DNA of 64,000 nucleotides from an uncultured Gammaproteobacteria bacterium (GCA_943788005.1 CALSOP010000003.1:2250-66249); one strand, 5' to 3'. Positions 1 through 11,136 are shown, counted from the first letter of the stretch. Made by a program: numbers and translations. Notes: a model not told the origin generated them from the letters alone.

Positions 1-943
1 CTCTGCGTAACAACCAACCAAAAACAAGCGGCTTACAGATAAGCACAAGGACAGCCAGGATTGTGCCAGGTATAAATATTTCATTAACTACTGATAAATT
101 AAACCCTGCTCCTAAGGAAAAGAAAAAGATGATCAGAAAAAAATCACGCAACGGCTTCAAACGTTCAGTAATAAACAATGCAATTGGACTAGAGGCTAAC
201 GTTACGCCTGCGACAAACGCACCGATTTCATGCGACAAACCAACATAATGAGCCAATTCCGCTATGCCAAGGCACCAGGCTATCGCTAATAAAAATATGT
301 ATTCATGTATTTCATCAAAACGTTGTATCAACTTGATGAGTACAAACCTCTCTATTAAATAAACAATGCCCACCAGGATAGGCAAATAAATTAATTGCAT
401 CGCAATATCTACTACGAGGTTTCCGCCTTTACCATACCCTTGCAATAACAAGAGAATCACAATCGCGATTAAATCCTGTATCAATAGAATACTGATAATG
501 ATCTGACCGGTATGTTGATGGTGCAACGTTGTCGTTGGCAATAATTTCAAGCCAATAATCGTGCTGGAGAACATCATAACAGCACCTATCAGCATCGCTT
601 GTAATAATTCGTAGCCAAAGATGAAACCAATCATAAAGCCGATCAGACAAAATATTGCTGAACTAAGCAATGTCACTACTGTTGCTTCACGTAGCATTTG
701 CCATAATTGTTGTGGCAATAAATCAAGACCCAATAAATACAAGAGAAAGATAATCCCAATATTAGAAATATCACTGATTAATTCTGAATCAGTGATAAAG
801 CCCATCCCAAATGGGCCCAGAATTAAGCCAAGTGCGATTTAGGCAACGATCATTGCTTGCCTTGCATATAGGGCAAACGTGGCAAAGATTGCAGCTCCGG
901 TAAAGATCAAAAATATTGAAAATTGAATCGATTGTTCAGTCAT
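1..943 (-). pseudogene. CPA2/Kef-type cation:proton antiporter, N-terminal ~314 codons (gene runs off the left edge), interrupted by an in-frame TAA at 839-841
   Basis: Hand translation of the minus strand from ATG 943 gives one continuous frame down to base 1. It has Na/H-exchanger-like helices (IALGLILGPFGMGFITDSELISDISNIGIIFLLYLLGLDL; HEIGAFVAGVTLASS). Codon 35 is TAA. The ORF is absent from the track because it has no stop inside the window. Confidence 0.6.
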
Positions 944-960
944 TTATAGTAGTCCAATAT

Positions 961-3900
961 TTAATTTTCTATCTGACATCTTGCCCACGCCTTATCCATT
1001 CGTTTCAATGATACTGGCATTCTGGTTTTTAGTCCTTGCGCAAATAGCGATATGCGTAATTCTTCACACATCCAACGATATTCGTCAAATGCGGTTGTAT
1101 TCCCGTCTGTTTCATATGCATGGTCCACCAGTTTTTTTATTCTGTCCCAATGTGGGCGAATTTGCTTAGTAGACTGGCTATCTTTATCAACCCCATACTC
1201 AAGTCTTTCCATGCGTTTAATTATTGCTTCTAAATAACGCGGATACTGTTTTAAATATTCGGAGGCAATATCTTCGATAAAACCGTGAAAAATCATATAT
1301 TCCAACTGTTCTTCGATGTCTTTGACTGCGTGACTATATTTCAACATCTCTGCATCGGAAAGTGATGTCTGAACTTGCAAATTCATTTCCAGTATTTTTT
1401 CCAAGATCACACAAATTCTATCTGCATTTCCTGTTAATTCTGATCTACTCTGCTCCAAGGTAGCTAAAAAATCATCTTGCTTACGAATCATTTTCTTTTC
1501 ATATAAAAATGTTTCGTCCAATGCAAGGTTGATAATTGATTCAACCAACTCTTCTTTATTGCCAAAACGCGTATATAGCAACGCCAATTTATCAATGCCT
1601 CTCAAGTTTTTACGCAGATATTTAATTTCTTTGTATAACGATTTTTTCAATAATCCTCGCAAGCCAAACTTCAGGTAATACTCAGCAGCCCGAAGGTTGT
1701 CGAAGGCATAACGATAGACTTTACCATCTTCTTCTAATAGCGAGGGGTAACTTGTTATTGTATTTTTTTTAGATGACACTTTTTGTTCTACTGGCAAATC
1801 ACCAAAATCCCATGAGCTTATCTCTTGATTGCCAAATGCGTCCTGATATAAATCAGTAAAGGCATGTTCTATTTGTGTTGCCAGCTTGCTTTTCAGTTCG
1901 GCAATATCATCACCTTCGGCTATCAATTTATTTTCAGCACCTACAATTCGGTAATTTGTTCTAAGGTGCTCAGGCAGAACACCTTCTGTAAAATCATCGA
2001 TTCCGATATCAACTGCGCGCGTTTTGAATAAATATGAAACAAGATTTTGTTTTAATGAAATTGAATGGTTATTAATGTTGCTTACACATTCTGCAGCTGT
2101 TTCTGGGATAGGAACTAATTTTTTGCGAATAGGTTTAGGTAAAGATTTTAATAACAAGGTTATTTTTTCTTCTATCAATCCCGGCACTAGATAATCCATC
2201 TGGTTTTGATCGAATTGATTTAATACCTCCAGCGGTATATCAACACTAAGTCCATCTTCTATAGCGCCTGGAAGAAATTTATACTCCAGCGGCAACTGCA
2301 TACCATTGAATTCAACATTATCCGGATAAGTAAATTCAGTAATATCATCTGTCTCGCGATTTACTATCAACTCTTTAGTCAGACAAAGTCTTTGCTTTTC
2401 TTCGTTATTTAGTTTTTTCGACCATGCCGCAAATGATTGCCCATCATATACATGTGCTGGCAATGACTTATTATAAAACTCAAAGATGGCTTCTTCATTC
2501 AGAATATCTGGGCGACGTGATTTTACTTCAAGATGCCTGACTTCCTCGATTACATTATTATTTTGTTTAAAAAAACTTGCGCTTGATTCTAAATCACCTT
2601 CTATCAACCCATTTCTTATAAACAAGGTTTTAGATTCAACAGGATTGACAGCACCATAATTAATTCTTTTGCCAGCGACCAGAGTCATGCCATATAAACT
2701 GATTTTTTCTAAGGCAACGACACGTGAGCTCTTGCTATCCCAATGTGCATCAGAATAGCTATGTTTTAACAAATGTTTTGCGACATTAATCAGCCATGCG
2801 GAATCAATTCGCGCAACGTTTCGAGCATATAATCGAGAGGTCTCAACCAAGTCAGCCGCAACTACCCATTTTGGTTTTTTATGAAACTGCCCCGATGCTG
2901 GAAACAGATTTAATTTTATATCACGCGCACCGGTATATTCATGTTTATCGGATAAGAAAGCGACGTGACTCGCCATACCACTCAATATTGCACAATGTAT
3001 ATTTTCATAGCTGGCAGGCTCAGTGTTCAGCGTCAATTTCATCTCCGTACATACATGGCGTAACTGCCTGTGGATATCAATCCATTCTCGCATCTTCATA
3101 TAAGACAAGAAGTTCGTTTGGCAAAGTTTTCTAAGTTTATTTTGTGAAAGTTGCTTGATTTGCTTTTGGTAAAAGCTCCAAAGGTTTAGAAACCATAAAA
3201 AGTCTGAATCATCATCGCTAAACTGCTGATGCGACCCATCTGCCTTTTGCTGTTTATCAATTGGTCGTTCTCTTGGATCTTGAATGCTTAATGCACTGAC
3301 GATAATTAATATTTCATGTAAGCAATTAAAATCATGCGCTGCCAATAAAATTCTGGCATGCCGTGGGTCTAGGGGGAACCTCACCAACTTCCTGCCAACT
3401 GGTGTCAGCCCTTCTTCCTTATCGAGCGCATTGATCTCACGCAATAAGTGCATCCCATCATTGATAAATTTCTTGTCAGGGGGATTTATAAATGGATATT
3501 GCTCTATATCTCCAATTTTTAACGCCTTCATCTGTAAGATCACTGATGCAAGGTTGGTACGCAAGATTTCAGGCTCTGTATATTCTGCACGTGAAGAGAA
3601 GTCTTCTTCACTATACAAACGAATACATATTCCTTCGCTAGTCCTGCCGCAGCGCCCTTTGCGCTGATTAGCTGCTGCCATGGATACCCTTTCTATTGGC
3701 AGACGCTGAACCTTGCTGCGATAACTATAACGACTCATGCGTGCCATACCGGTATCAATTACATAGCGTATTCCCGGAATAGTTAGCGATGTTTCTGCAA
3801 TATTTGTTGCCAGCACAATATGTCGGCGTTTATGAGGAGCAAAGATCTTATTTTGTCTCGAGGAACTCAAACGTGCATAAAGCGGTAAAATATCCGTATC

Positions 3901-4836
3901 GCGCAAGTTTTGTTTACGAAGAAATTTATCTGTTTCATGGATTTCTCCTTCTCCTTCCATAAATATCAAGATATCGCCCATATCATATGAGGTGAGTTCT
4001 CGAATTGCTTGTAAGATGACCTCTTCTCGACTGACAGGATCTTCATCTTCAGCAGTTTCTTCAATTGGCCGATACAAGACATCAACAGGCCAGGTTCTAC
4101 CGGAGACTTCAATAATAGGCGCATTATTAAAATGTTCTGAAAAACGGGTGACGTCTATCGTGGCAGAAGTGATGACTACTTTCAGATCAGGTCTTTTCGG
4201 TAAGAGTTGCTTTATATAACCGAGAATAAAATCGATGTTCAGACTACGCTCGTGGGCTTCATCGATGATCAAGGTATCGTATTGATTTAAATATCTATCC
4301 TGTTGCAACTCAGCAAGCAAAATACCGTCAGTCATCAACTTGATATAGGAAAGCTTACTAGTCACATCCTGATGTCTAATCTTGAAGCCAACATCGCTTC
4401 CTAGATCGCTATCTAGCTCCTCGGCAATCCGTTTTGCGACGGTTCTTGCAGCCAATCGCCTCGGTTGCGTATGCCCTATTACCCCGCCGATCCCACGGCC
4501 TAATGTAAGGCAGAGTTTTGGTAGCTGGGTTGTTTTACCTGAACCCGTTTCACCACAAATAATTGTGACAGGATTGTTTAATATGGCTGCAGATATTTCA
4601 CCAACATGCTGATTTATAGGCAAATTATCATCAAAATTGCATTTTGGGAGACGGTTTATTCTATCGATTTTATTCTGAACTGATAATTCTATATCTCGTA
4701 TAAGAGCGTCCCACTCAGGATTTTTCTTAAGATTACGTTTTTTTAGACGATCAAAGTCACGTTTTAAACGAAATCGTTCTGATGAGCGCGTTTTAGCTAA
4801 GCGATCATAGATATTTTTTAATTCCAAAGATGTCAT
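961..4836 (-). CDS. hrpA: ATP-dependent RNA helicase HrpA (DEAH-box)
   Basis: 1291-aa ORF with GETGSGKTTQ Walker A, DEAHER, SAT and QRKGRCGR motifs. Length and the long C-terminal extension are typical of HrpA. Confidence 0.93.
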   Translation of the reverse strand: MTSLELKNIYDRLAKTRSSERFRLKRDFDRLKKRNLKKNPEWDALIRDIELSVQNKIDRINRLPKCNFDDNLPINQHVGEISAAILNNPVTIICGETGSGKTTQLPKLCLTLGRGIGGVIGHTQPRRLAARTVAKRIAEELDSDLGSDVGFKIRHQDVTSKLSYIKLMTDGILLAELQQDRYLNQYDTLIIDEAHERSLNIDFILGYIKQLLPKRPDLKVVITSATIDVTRFSEHFNNAPIIEVSGRTWPVDVLYRPIEETAEDEDPVSREEVILQAIRELTSYDMGDILIFMEGEGEIHETDKFLRKQNLRDTDILPLYARLSSSRQNKIFAPHKRRHIVLATNIAETSLTIPGIRYVIDTGMARMSRYSYRSKVQRLPIERVSMAAANQRKGRCGRTSEGICIRLYSEEDFSSRAEYTEPEILRTNLASVILQMKALKIGDIEQYPFINPPDKKFINDGMHLLREINALDKEEGLTPVGRKLVRFPLDPRHARILLAAHDFNCLHEILIIVSALSIQDPRERPIDKQQKADGSHQQFSDDDSDFLWFLNLWSFYQKQIKQLSQNKLRKLCQTNFLSYMKMREWIDIHRQLRHVCTEMKLTLNTEPASYENIHCAILSGMASHVAFLSDKHEYTGARDIKLNLFPASGQFHKKPKWVVAADLVETSRLYARNVARIDSAWLINVAKHLLKHSYSDAHWDSKSSRVVALEKISLYGMTLVAGKRINYGAVNPVESKTLFIRNGLIEGDLESSASFFKQNNNVIEEVRHLEVKSRRPDILNEEAIFEFYNKSLPAHVYDGQSFAAWSKKLNNEEKQRLCLTKELIVNRETDDITEFTYPDNVEFNGMQLPLEYKFLPGAIEDGLSVDIPLEVLNQFDQNQMDYLVPGLIEEKITLLLKSLPKPIRKKLVPIPETAAECVSNINNHSISLKQNLVSYLFKTRAVDIGIDDFTEGVLPEHLRTNYRIVGAENKLIAEGDDIAELKSKLATQIEHAFTDLYQDAFGNQEISSWDFGDLPVEQKVSSKKNTITSYPSLLEEDGKVYRYAFDNLRAAEYYLKFGLRGLLKKSLYKEIKYLRKNLRGIDKLALLYTRFGNKEELVESIINLALDETFLYEKKMIRKQDDFLATLEQSRSELTGNADRICVILEKILEMNLQVQTSLSDAEMLKYSHAVKDIEEQLEYMIFHGFIEDIASEYLKQYPRYLEAIIKRMERLEYGVDKDSQSTKQIRPHWDRIKKLVDHAYETDGNTTAFDEYRWMCEELRISLFAQGLKTRMPVSLKRMDKAWARCQIEN

Positions 4837-5071
4837 GCCATTCCTATTTTATGTCTTTTTACAGCAAAATTAAGACTCTGCATTAATATCGAGCTAATCC
4901 CAATTTATCGAATCGAATCAAGTATTTATTTGTAATTTATTGTTGGACTGGTAGGATATTCATCCATAAAATATTAAATTAATTCAGACAGTATTTTCTG
5001 CGTTAAGTACTACACATAATAAACAATAAAATTGATTATATTACTTTTCACGAATGGGGTTTTCTTAGCGT

Positions 5072-7032
5072 ATGGCACTTGAATTTGAATTAGCCGGATC
5101 ACAAATTGATGGCGCAAGAGACTATCAAGAAGATGCTTTCCTTATCACAAATTTAACCGATGCCAACGGTAAACCTAGCGCATTGGTTGTTATTGCTGAC
5201 GGCATGGGTGGACATGCTGCAGGCAACGTCGCAAGTAATATGGCTGTACAAGCCTTTAACAAACATGTTTCCGCAAATTATCCATCTGAAAATCCTTCTG
5301 AAATTCTCGAACAAGCCGTAATCAAGGCCAACAATTCAATCAAGGAAACCGTAGCAGAAACCCCGGCATTATCCGGTATGGGCTGCACCATGGTCGCTGC
5401 CATTCTTGAAGATGGGAAAATGTGGTGGGCCAGCGTTGGCGACAGCCATTGTTACTTGGTACGAGACAGAGAATTAACAAAAAGAATGCTGATCATAGTT
5501 ATGGTGGTTTTCTGGACAGAATGGAAGCCGATGGCACACCGGTAGAAGCAGAGCCAGGTCTATCTCGAAATATGCTGATGAGTGCCATCACCGGTGAAGA
5601 TATCAATGAAATAGATGTCCCTGCCAACCCTTTCGAACTTCAAGCCGGCGATCGCATTATTTTATGCAGCGACGGACTTGATACCTTGAGCGCCGGTAAG
5701 ATTATTCAATATTCTGAATGGTCTGAATCCACCAAGGAATGCGCTGATGCATTAATGACGGCAGTTGAAGAAGCCAATATGCCGCGTCAGGACAATACCA
5801 CTGCCGTTGTTGTAAACGTAAAAGACACTGCGGAAGCAGCGCCAGTAGTATCAGAAACAGTAACTGAAGATGTAGGTGAATCTACAGCAGAAATGTCTGT
5901 TGCCGAAGTCTCAACGGAAGAAATAGAGCCAGAATCAGAACCACAGCAACAAGTCGGACAACCGGTATTTGCTGAGCCTGAAGCAGATAGTATTGATGAG
6001 GAAGCAAAAAGTAAAACGGGCTTGATGATTGGTATTGCTGCCGCAGTTATTCTGGTTATTGGCGGTGTTGCCTTCACTATGATGGGCAAAAAACCAGTTC
6101 AGCAATCTGAACCAACGGTCGCAGAGCAAGAAATGGAAGCCGAATTCGAAGCTACTGACGAACAAGACATTGATGCACCCGTAGTTGATGAAGAAGATGA
6201 AATGCCTGTTGCCTTAGCAGAGCAAGAGGCTGTCACAGAAGAAACTGCAGAAACTACTACGCCAGTTGCAGAACCTGCCCCAGAAAAGGTGGCTGCCACT
6301 GTAGGCAAAACGATTCAAGATAGCTTGAAATCAGGTGGCAAGGGGCCATTGATGGTCGTGATACCCGCAGGAAAATTCGCCATGGGTAGTACTAGTTCCA
6401 AAAATTCAGATGAACGACCGCGGCATGATGTCACTGTGGAACAATTCGCTGTTAGTCAATATGAGATTACATTTGCGCAATATGATCTGTTTGCCAAAGC
6501 TAAAGGTAAAAAGACACCTGATTCACTCTATCTAGATAGAGAAACACATCCTGTTATTTTTGTCTCTTGGGATGATGCCTATTACTACACAAAATGGCTC
6601 TCAGAAGAAACCGGTCAAAAATATCGATTGGCAAATGAAGCAGAGTGGGAATATCTGGCTTCAACAGGTAAAAAAACCACATATTGGTGGGGCTATGACG
6701 AAGAGCCAAATCGCGCTCATTGCTTCGGCTGTGGCACCAACCTTGATCCACGAAAACCAACAAAGATTGGGAGCTTTGAGGCCAATGCATTTGGACTTTA
6801 TGACACATCCGGCAATGTGGCCGAATGGGTCCATGACTGCTGGCACGACAATTATAAAGGCGCTCCGGAATATGCGGATGTATGGGAAGGCGGCGATTGT
6901 TCTTATCGTGTCGTTAGAGGCGGCGCATACAGCACACCTCCACAATCAATACGTAATGCAAAACGGGATAAATTCAAATCTGATAAAGCCTACGACCATA
7001 TAGGCATCCGTGTTGTCAGAGAAATACGTTAA
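5072..7032 (+). pseudogene. PP2C Ser/Thr phosphatase - TM helix - FGE-sulfatase (SUMF1-like) domain fusion, split by a 1-nt frameshift in an A5 run (5479-5483)
   Basis: ORF fragments 5072-5545 and 5422-7032. PP2C motifs: RDYQEDAF, ADGMGGHAAG, SVGDSHCY, CSDGL. Acidic linkers flank one TM helix (GLMIGIAAAVILVIGGVAFTMMG). The C-terminus has FGE-sulfatase motifs (ERPRHDVTV, RLANEAEWEY, GNVAEWVHDCW, RVVRGGAY). The frames join as ..RELTK|KNADHSYGG.. if the run were A6. Confidence 0.75.
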
Positions 7033-7056
7033 TTCTATTATCCTGATTTAAAAGCG

Positions 7057-7344
7057 TTAATTGTCGCTATGCCCAAGCGACATATCTGGCTCAATTCTGT
7101 CACGAATTAATTGTTTTAACTCTTTAGATTCAGGGAACCTTGCTTCCTTTTTTCTGGAGAATACTTCGTCTCCATCCAACAAAACAGTAAAAACACCACC
7201 CGACGATGGCACTAGTGCAAGTTCACCTAGCTTTTCACCAAATGTCATTAACAGTTCCTGAGCTACCCAATTTGCTCTGAGAATAAAGCGGCATTGAGTG
7301 CAATAATGAATTTCTAGTCTGGGAGAGTTTATTTTTGCAACCAT
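7057..7344 (-). CDS. SelW/SelT/Rdx-family small thioredoxin-like protein (Cys form)
   Basis: 95 aa. A CxxC motif (YCTQCRF) is followed by the AQELL-TF...SGGVFTV..DG..VFSRK..RFPE.KELKQ.IRD pattern typical of the Rdx family. Confidence 0.75.
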   Translation of the reverse strand: MVAKINSPRLEIHYCTQCRFILRANWVAQELLMTFGEKLGELALVPSSGGVFTVLLDGDEVFSRKKEARFPESKELKQLIRDRIEPDMSLGHSDN

Positions 7345-7394
7345 TCCTATTTAAGTCCCTCTAATAGTTTAGATACCCGTAGTTGGAGGCTTAT

Positions 7395-7805
7395 ATGTCA
7401 ATACCCTATCGAACAATAATTAATTCTATAATTTTATTATTATTACCACTAAGTTCACAGGCAGAAATAAAAATATTTCTGGGTGTGCCTGGTTATAGCC
7501 ACTATAAACATAATTACAATCCACAGAAAAATTATCAGCGGCATAATAGCCGTTATAACAAATACAATAATTCCTATTCAAACCATCGATATAATAACCT
7601 TTCCGATCTATACCGTCGTCATGGTAATAAACATGCCTATGATCGTGCTACTTACTATCGTAACAAATATCAGAATAACCACTCCAATTCTCGGCACAAC
7701 AACTATCAGCGCAAGCAAGATTCCTATCAACAAGGTTTTAACAACGGTAGAAACTCAAAAAGACAAAATAGAAATAGAAACTATGGTTATCAACTAGGCA
7801 GATAA
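7395..7805 (+). CDS. Secreted low-complexity Asn/Tyr/Arg/His/Gln-rich protein, function unknown
   Basis: GGAGG sits 5 nt before ATG 7395. Signal peptide MSIPYRTIINSIILLLLPLSSQA. The rest is degenerate N/Y/R/H/Q repeats (HNSRYNKYNNSYSNHRYNN...). The ORF track starts at TTG 7383. Confidence 0.5.
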   Translation: MSIPYRTIINSIILLLLPLSSQAEIKIFLGVPGYSHYKHNYNPQKNYQRHNSRYNKYNNSYSNHRYNNLSDLYRRHGNKHAYDRATYYRNKYQNNHSNSRHNNYQRKQDSYQQGFNNGRNSKRQNRNRNYGYQLGR

Positions 7806-7941
7806 GTTAGATTCCGCAACATTTAATCAGCTATCTTTAATTTAAATAAACTAAGTATATAAACAAAACTCAATTTAAAGCTCCCCTTCAATGATATAAT
7901 CTGCTCCTTCTGACTATAATTAAGCGCTTAATCAATCTGTC

Positions 7942-9474
7942 ATGGGGAATTGGAAAAACAGTTTTCAGGCATTCTTGCACCCAAGAGTGGTTACCATGCT
8001 GTTCTTTGGTTTTTCTGCTGGCATTCCACTACTGCTAATATTTTCTTCTTTAGGTCTTTGGTTAAGAGAGGCAGGTATTGAAAGATCAGCAGTTACGTTC
8101 TTCAGTTGGGCTGCATTAGGTTATTCCTTCAAATTTGTCTGGGCTCCGATAGCTGACAAACTCCCTATTCCTTTTTTGACCCAATGGTTGGGAAGAAGAA
8201 GAGCCTGGATGCTGCTATCGCAAATTGCAATCATTGTTTCAATCTTATCAATGGCCTTTATTGATCCGTCTCATAGTGAGTCATATCTGAAAATAATGGC
8301 GCTGGCTTGTGTCATGTTGGGTTTTTCTGCCGCTACCCAGGACATTGTTATTGATGCTTACAGAATTGAATCCGCTTCCTCCGAATTTCAAGCATTGATG
8401 TCAGCAACCTATATAGCAGGTTATCGTATAGGCATGTTGGTCTCTGGTGCAGGCAGTTTATATATTGCCAGTTCCTTGGGTTCGGAAATGGGTTCATACG
8501 ATTATCGAGCATGGCAAGTCACATACAGTTGCATGGCTGTTGCAATGCTAATCGGTATTATTACGACATTTTGTATAAAAGAACCTGAAAGAAATCGAAT
8601 AACTGAATATAAATATTCTAATGTCACCTACATTAAGTTTCTTTTGGTGTTTATTCTCGCAGTTGTCGGCTTTGTAATATCATTTCACCTTAGTTCTGAA
8701 TTTGCTGCACCCTGGAAAAACAATCTGACAGAACTATTCAACAATAAAATACTCTCAAATTTTTGCGTGGAGTTCTTTCGTCTTTTTCTTGGAGTACTAA
8801 TATTTTTATCGATTGTATTCGCGCTCATAAAATTTAAATTTATTGAAAAGAAAATTGTAGTCGAAAGTTATGTAGCGCCTGTCCTGGAATTTTTTCAGCG
8901 TTACGGCATTAAACTCGCAATATTGCTACTGGTATTGATCGGTCTTTATCGAATATCTGACATTGTCCTCGGTGTGATCTCAAATATATTTTTTCAAGAT
9001 CTCGGATACAGTAAAAAAGAGATTGCCTCTGTAGTTAAGACATTTGGACTGTTTATGACTATCGCTGGAGGTTTTTTAGGCGGTATTTTATCAATCCGAT
9101 TCGGCGTGATGAAGGTCTTGTTTCTAGGTGCATTACTAACCGTTTTAACAAACTTGTTATTCATGCTTCTCGCTGTTAAAGGATACGATATCCAGTTACT
9201 TTATCTTGTTATCTCTGCAGACAATTTGTCCGCCGGAATTGCCAGCGCAGCTTTTGTCGCTTTTCTTTCTCGACTAACAAATATTTCCTTCACCGCTATG
9301 CAATACGCCATATTTAGTTCTCTAATGACACTATTCCCAAAAATTATTGGAGGTTATTCAGGTTCAATCGTAGAAAATATCGGTTATACAAACTTCTTCT
9401 TGTTTGCATCTTTACTGGGCTTACCTGTATTAGGCATAATTTATCTGGCTAATAAACACTTAAAATTCGAGTAA
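7942..9474 (+). CDS. ampG: AmpG-family muropeptide/MFS permease
   Basis: 510-aa polytopic protein. The N-terminal FGFSAGIPLLLIFSSLGLWLREAGI...FKFVWAPIADK resembles AmpG permeases. Confidence 0.8.
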   Translation: MGNWKNSFQAFLHPRVVTMLFFGFSAGIPLLLIFSSLGLWLREAGIERSAVTFFSWAALGYSFKFVWAPIADKLPIPFLTQWLGRRRAWMLLSQIAIIVSILSMAFIDPSHSESYLKIMALACVMLGFSAATQDIVIDAYRIESASSEFQALMSATYIAGYRIGMLVSGAGSLYIASSLGSEMGSYDYRAWQVTYSCMAVAMLIGIITTFCIKEPERNRITEYKYSNVTYIKFLLVFILAVVGFVISFHLSSEFAAPWKNNLTELFNNKILSNFCVEFFRLFLGVLIFLSIVFALIKFKFIEKKIVVESYVAPVLEFFQRYGIKLAILLLVLIGLYRISDIVLGVISNIFFQDLGYSKKEIASVVKTFGLFMTIAGGFLGGILSIRFGVMKVLFLGALLTVLTNLLFMLLAVKGYDIQLLYLVISADNLSAGIASAAFVAFLSRLTNISFTAMQYAIFSSLMTLFPKIIGGYSGSIVENIGYTNFFLFASLLGLPVLGIIYLANKHLKFE

Positions 9475-9486
9475 CACAACTTTACT

Positions 9487-9954
9487 ATGCCAATCGAAAT
9501 AGAACGTAAATTTCTTATCTCTAGTGATGAATGGCGTCATGATGCAGATGAAGGTATCCAAATAACTCAAGGATATATGGGCGGCAATGAAAAAAGCTCA
9601 GTCCGCATCCGTATTAATGGTGATACTGCCAACATCAATATAAAGAGTAAAACCCTTGGTGCCCAGCGCAGTGAATACGAGTACGCCATACCACTGAAAG
9701 AAGCGAATGAAATGCTCACAGCATTATGTGATAGTCCTTATATCGACAAAACACGCTATCACGTTAATCACCAAGGGCATGTATGGGAAGTTGATGTCTT
9801 TGCCGGAGAAAATGAAGGGTTAGTTGTCGCTGAGTTAGAATTGACAAGCATTGATGAGTCATTTGCCCTACCTAGTTGGCTAGGCGCAGAGGTCACAGAA
9901 GACCCTCGTTATTACAATATCTGTCTTGTTACCCACCCCTATAATAGCTGGTAA
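9487..9954 (+). CDS. CYTH-domain protein (triphosphate tunnel metalloenzyme)
   Basis: 155 aa beginning MPIEIERKFLI, the ExExK signature of CYTH enzymes. Confidence 0.8.
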   Translation: MPIEIERKFLISSDEWRHDADEGIQITQGYMGGNEKSSVRIRINGDTANINIKSKTLGAQRSEYEYAIPLKEANEMLTALCDSPYIDKTRYHVNHQGHVWEVDVFAGENEGLVVAELELTSIDESFALPSWLGAEVTEDPRYYNICLVTHPYNSW

Positions 9955-10120
9955 TTGATGCTATGTTGCATAATCCCACAGTATCTTAAATTATTCAGTT
10001 TCTACAAAGTAGTTCGCTGTTAATTAAATATGTTTCAACATTCGAGTAGGCTATAATTAGCCATAATTCCTTTTCATGAAGTAGAATTGATAAAATACAA
10101 TAATTGCTAAATTTGTAGAA

Positions 10121-11134
10121 ATGGACGTTAAAACCAATAATCAACAAGAAGTATTAATCGATAAATTTAATCGTGTTGTCGATTATGTACGTATCTCCGT
10201 GACTGACCGCTGTGACTTTCGCTGTGTCTATTGTATGGATGATGAAATGCAATTTGTGCCTCGCGCACAACTTTTAACGTTAGAAGAAATATCACAAATA
10301 GCACAAGCATTTACTGAACTCGGCGTCAAAAAAATTCGAATTACCGGTGGCGAACCTCTCATTCGTCGTAACGTCATTCAGTTATTTGAAGACATCGGCC
10401 AATTATCCGGTCTGGATGAATTAGTTTTAACTACAAATGGTTCTCAGCTTACAAAATTAGCTCAACCATTAAAAGACGCGGGCGTTAAACGCATAAACAT
10501 AAGTCTGGATTCGCTTGATGCAGAAAAATTCAACCGAATTACACGCGTCGGCGAATTAAATAAAGTAATCGCTGGAATTGATGCCGCGCTTGCTGTTGGA
10601 TTTGAAAAAATAAAACTAAATACCGTCATATTAAAAAATAGAAATGATGATGAAATCATTGATCTTGTCCGGTACGCAAGCGACCGAGATATGGATATCA
10701 GTTTTATTGAAGAAATGCCATTGGGTGTTATAGGAGATCATGACCGAGCTGAAGTTTTTTATTCCAGTGATGATATCAGAAATGATTTGGAAAAAGTTTT
10801 CACATTGATACCGACGACTGAGACGACGGGTGGCCCATCAAAGTATTATAAATTAACAGAGACGGGCACACGTGTTGGTTTTATTTCACCACATAGCCAT
10901 AATTTTTGTGAGCTATGTAACCGGGTGAGACTAACCTGTGAAGGGCGATTACTACTCTGTCTAGGTCAGGAGCATTCTGTAGATCTACGTAAAACGCTAC
11001 GCACCTACCCAGACGATATGGACAAACTCAAACAGGCTATTAGGGATTCCATGCTTATTAAGCCTAAAGGTCATGATTTTAATTTAACTGAAAAACCCAT
11101 CATATTCCGACATATGAATGTTACTGGAGGTTAG
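10121..11134 (+). CDS. moaA: GTP 3',8-cyclase MoaA (radical SAM)
   Basis: CDFRCVYC radical-SAM cluster motif, C-terminal [13 protein letters not shown] cluster motif, and a terminal GG. Confidence 0.93.
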   Translation: MDVKTNNQQEVLIDKFNRVVDYVRISVTDRCDFRCVYCMDDEMQFVPRAQLLTLEEISQIAQAFTELGVKKIRITGGEPLIRRNVIQLFEDIGQLSGLDELVLTTNGSQLTKLAQPLKDAGVKRINISLDSLDAEKFNRITRVGELNKVIAGIDAALAVGFEKIKLNTVILKNRNDDEIIDLVRYASDRDMDISFIEEMPLGVIGDHDRAEVFYSSDDIRNDLEKVFTLIPTTETTGGPSKYYKLTETGTRVGFISPHSHNFCELCNRVRLTCEGRLLLCLGQEHSVDLRKTLRTYPDDMDKLKQAIRDSMLIKPKGHDFNLTEKPIIFRHMNVTGG

Positions 11135-11136
11135 TA

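Noticed and set aside
7483-7797. 104-aa Ile/Thr-rich ORF overlapping the Asn/Tyr-rich secreted protein gene in another frame.
   Set aside because: It has no RBS or signal features. Its composition is what results from reading an AAT/TAT/CAT-rich gene out of frame. The frame that starts at ATG 7395 behind the GGAGG is preferred.
9955-10120. Looked for a Moco riboswitch in the moaA leader.
   Set aside because: The leader is very AT-rich and has none of the GC-rich paired elements expected of the Moco RNA motif.
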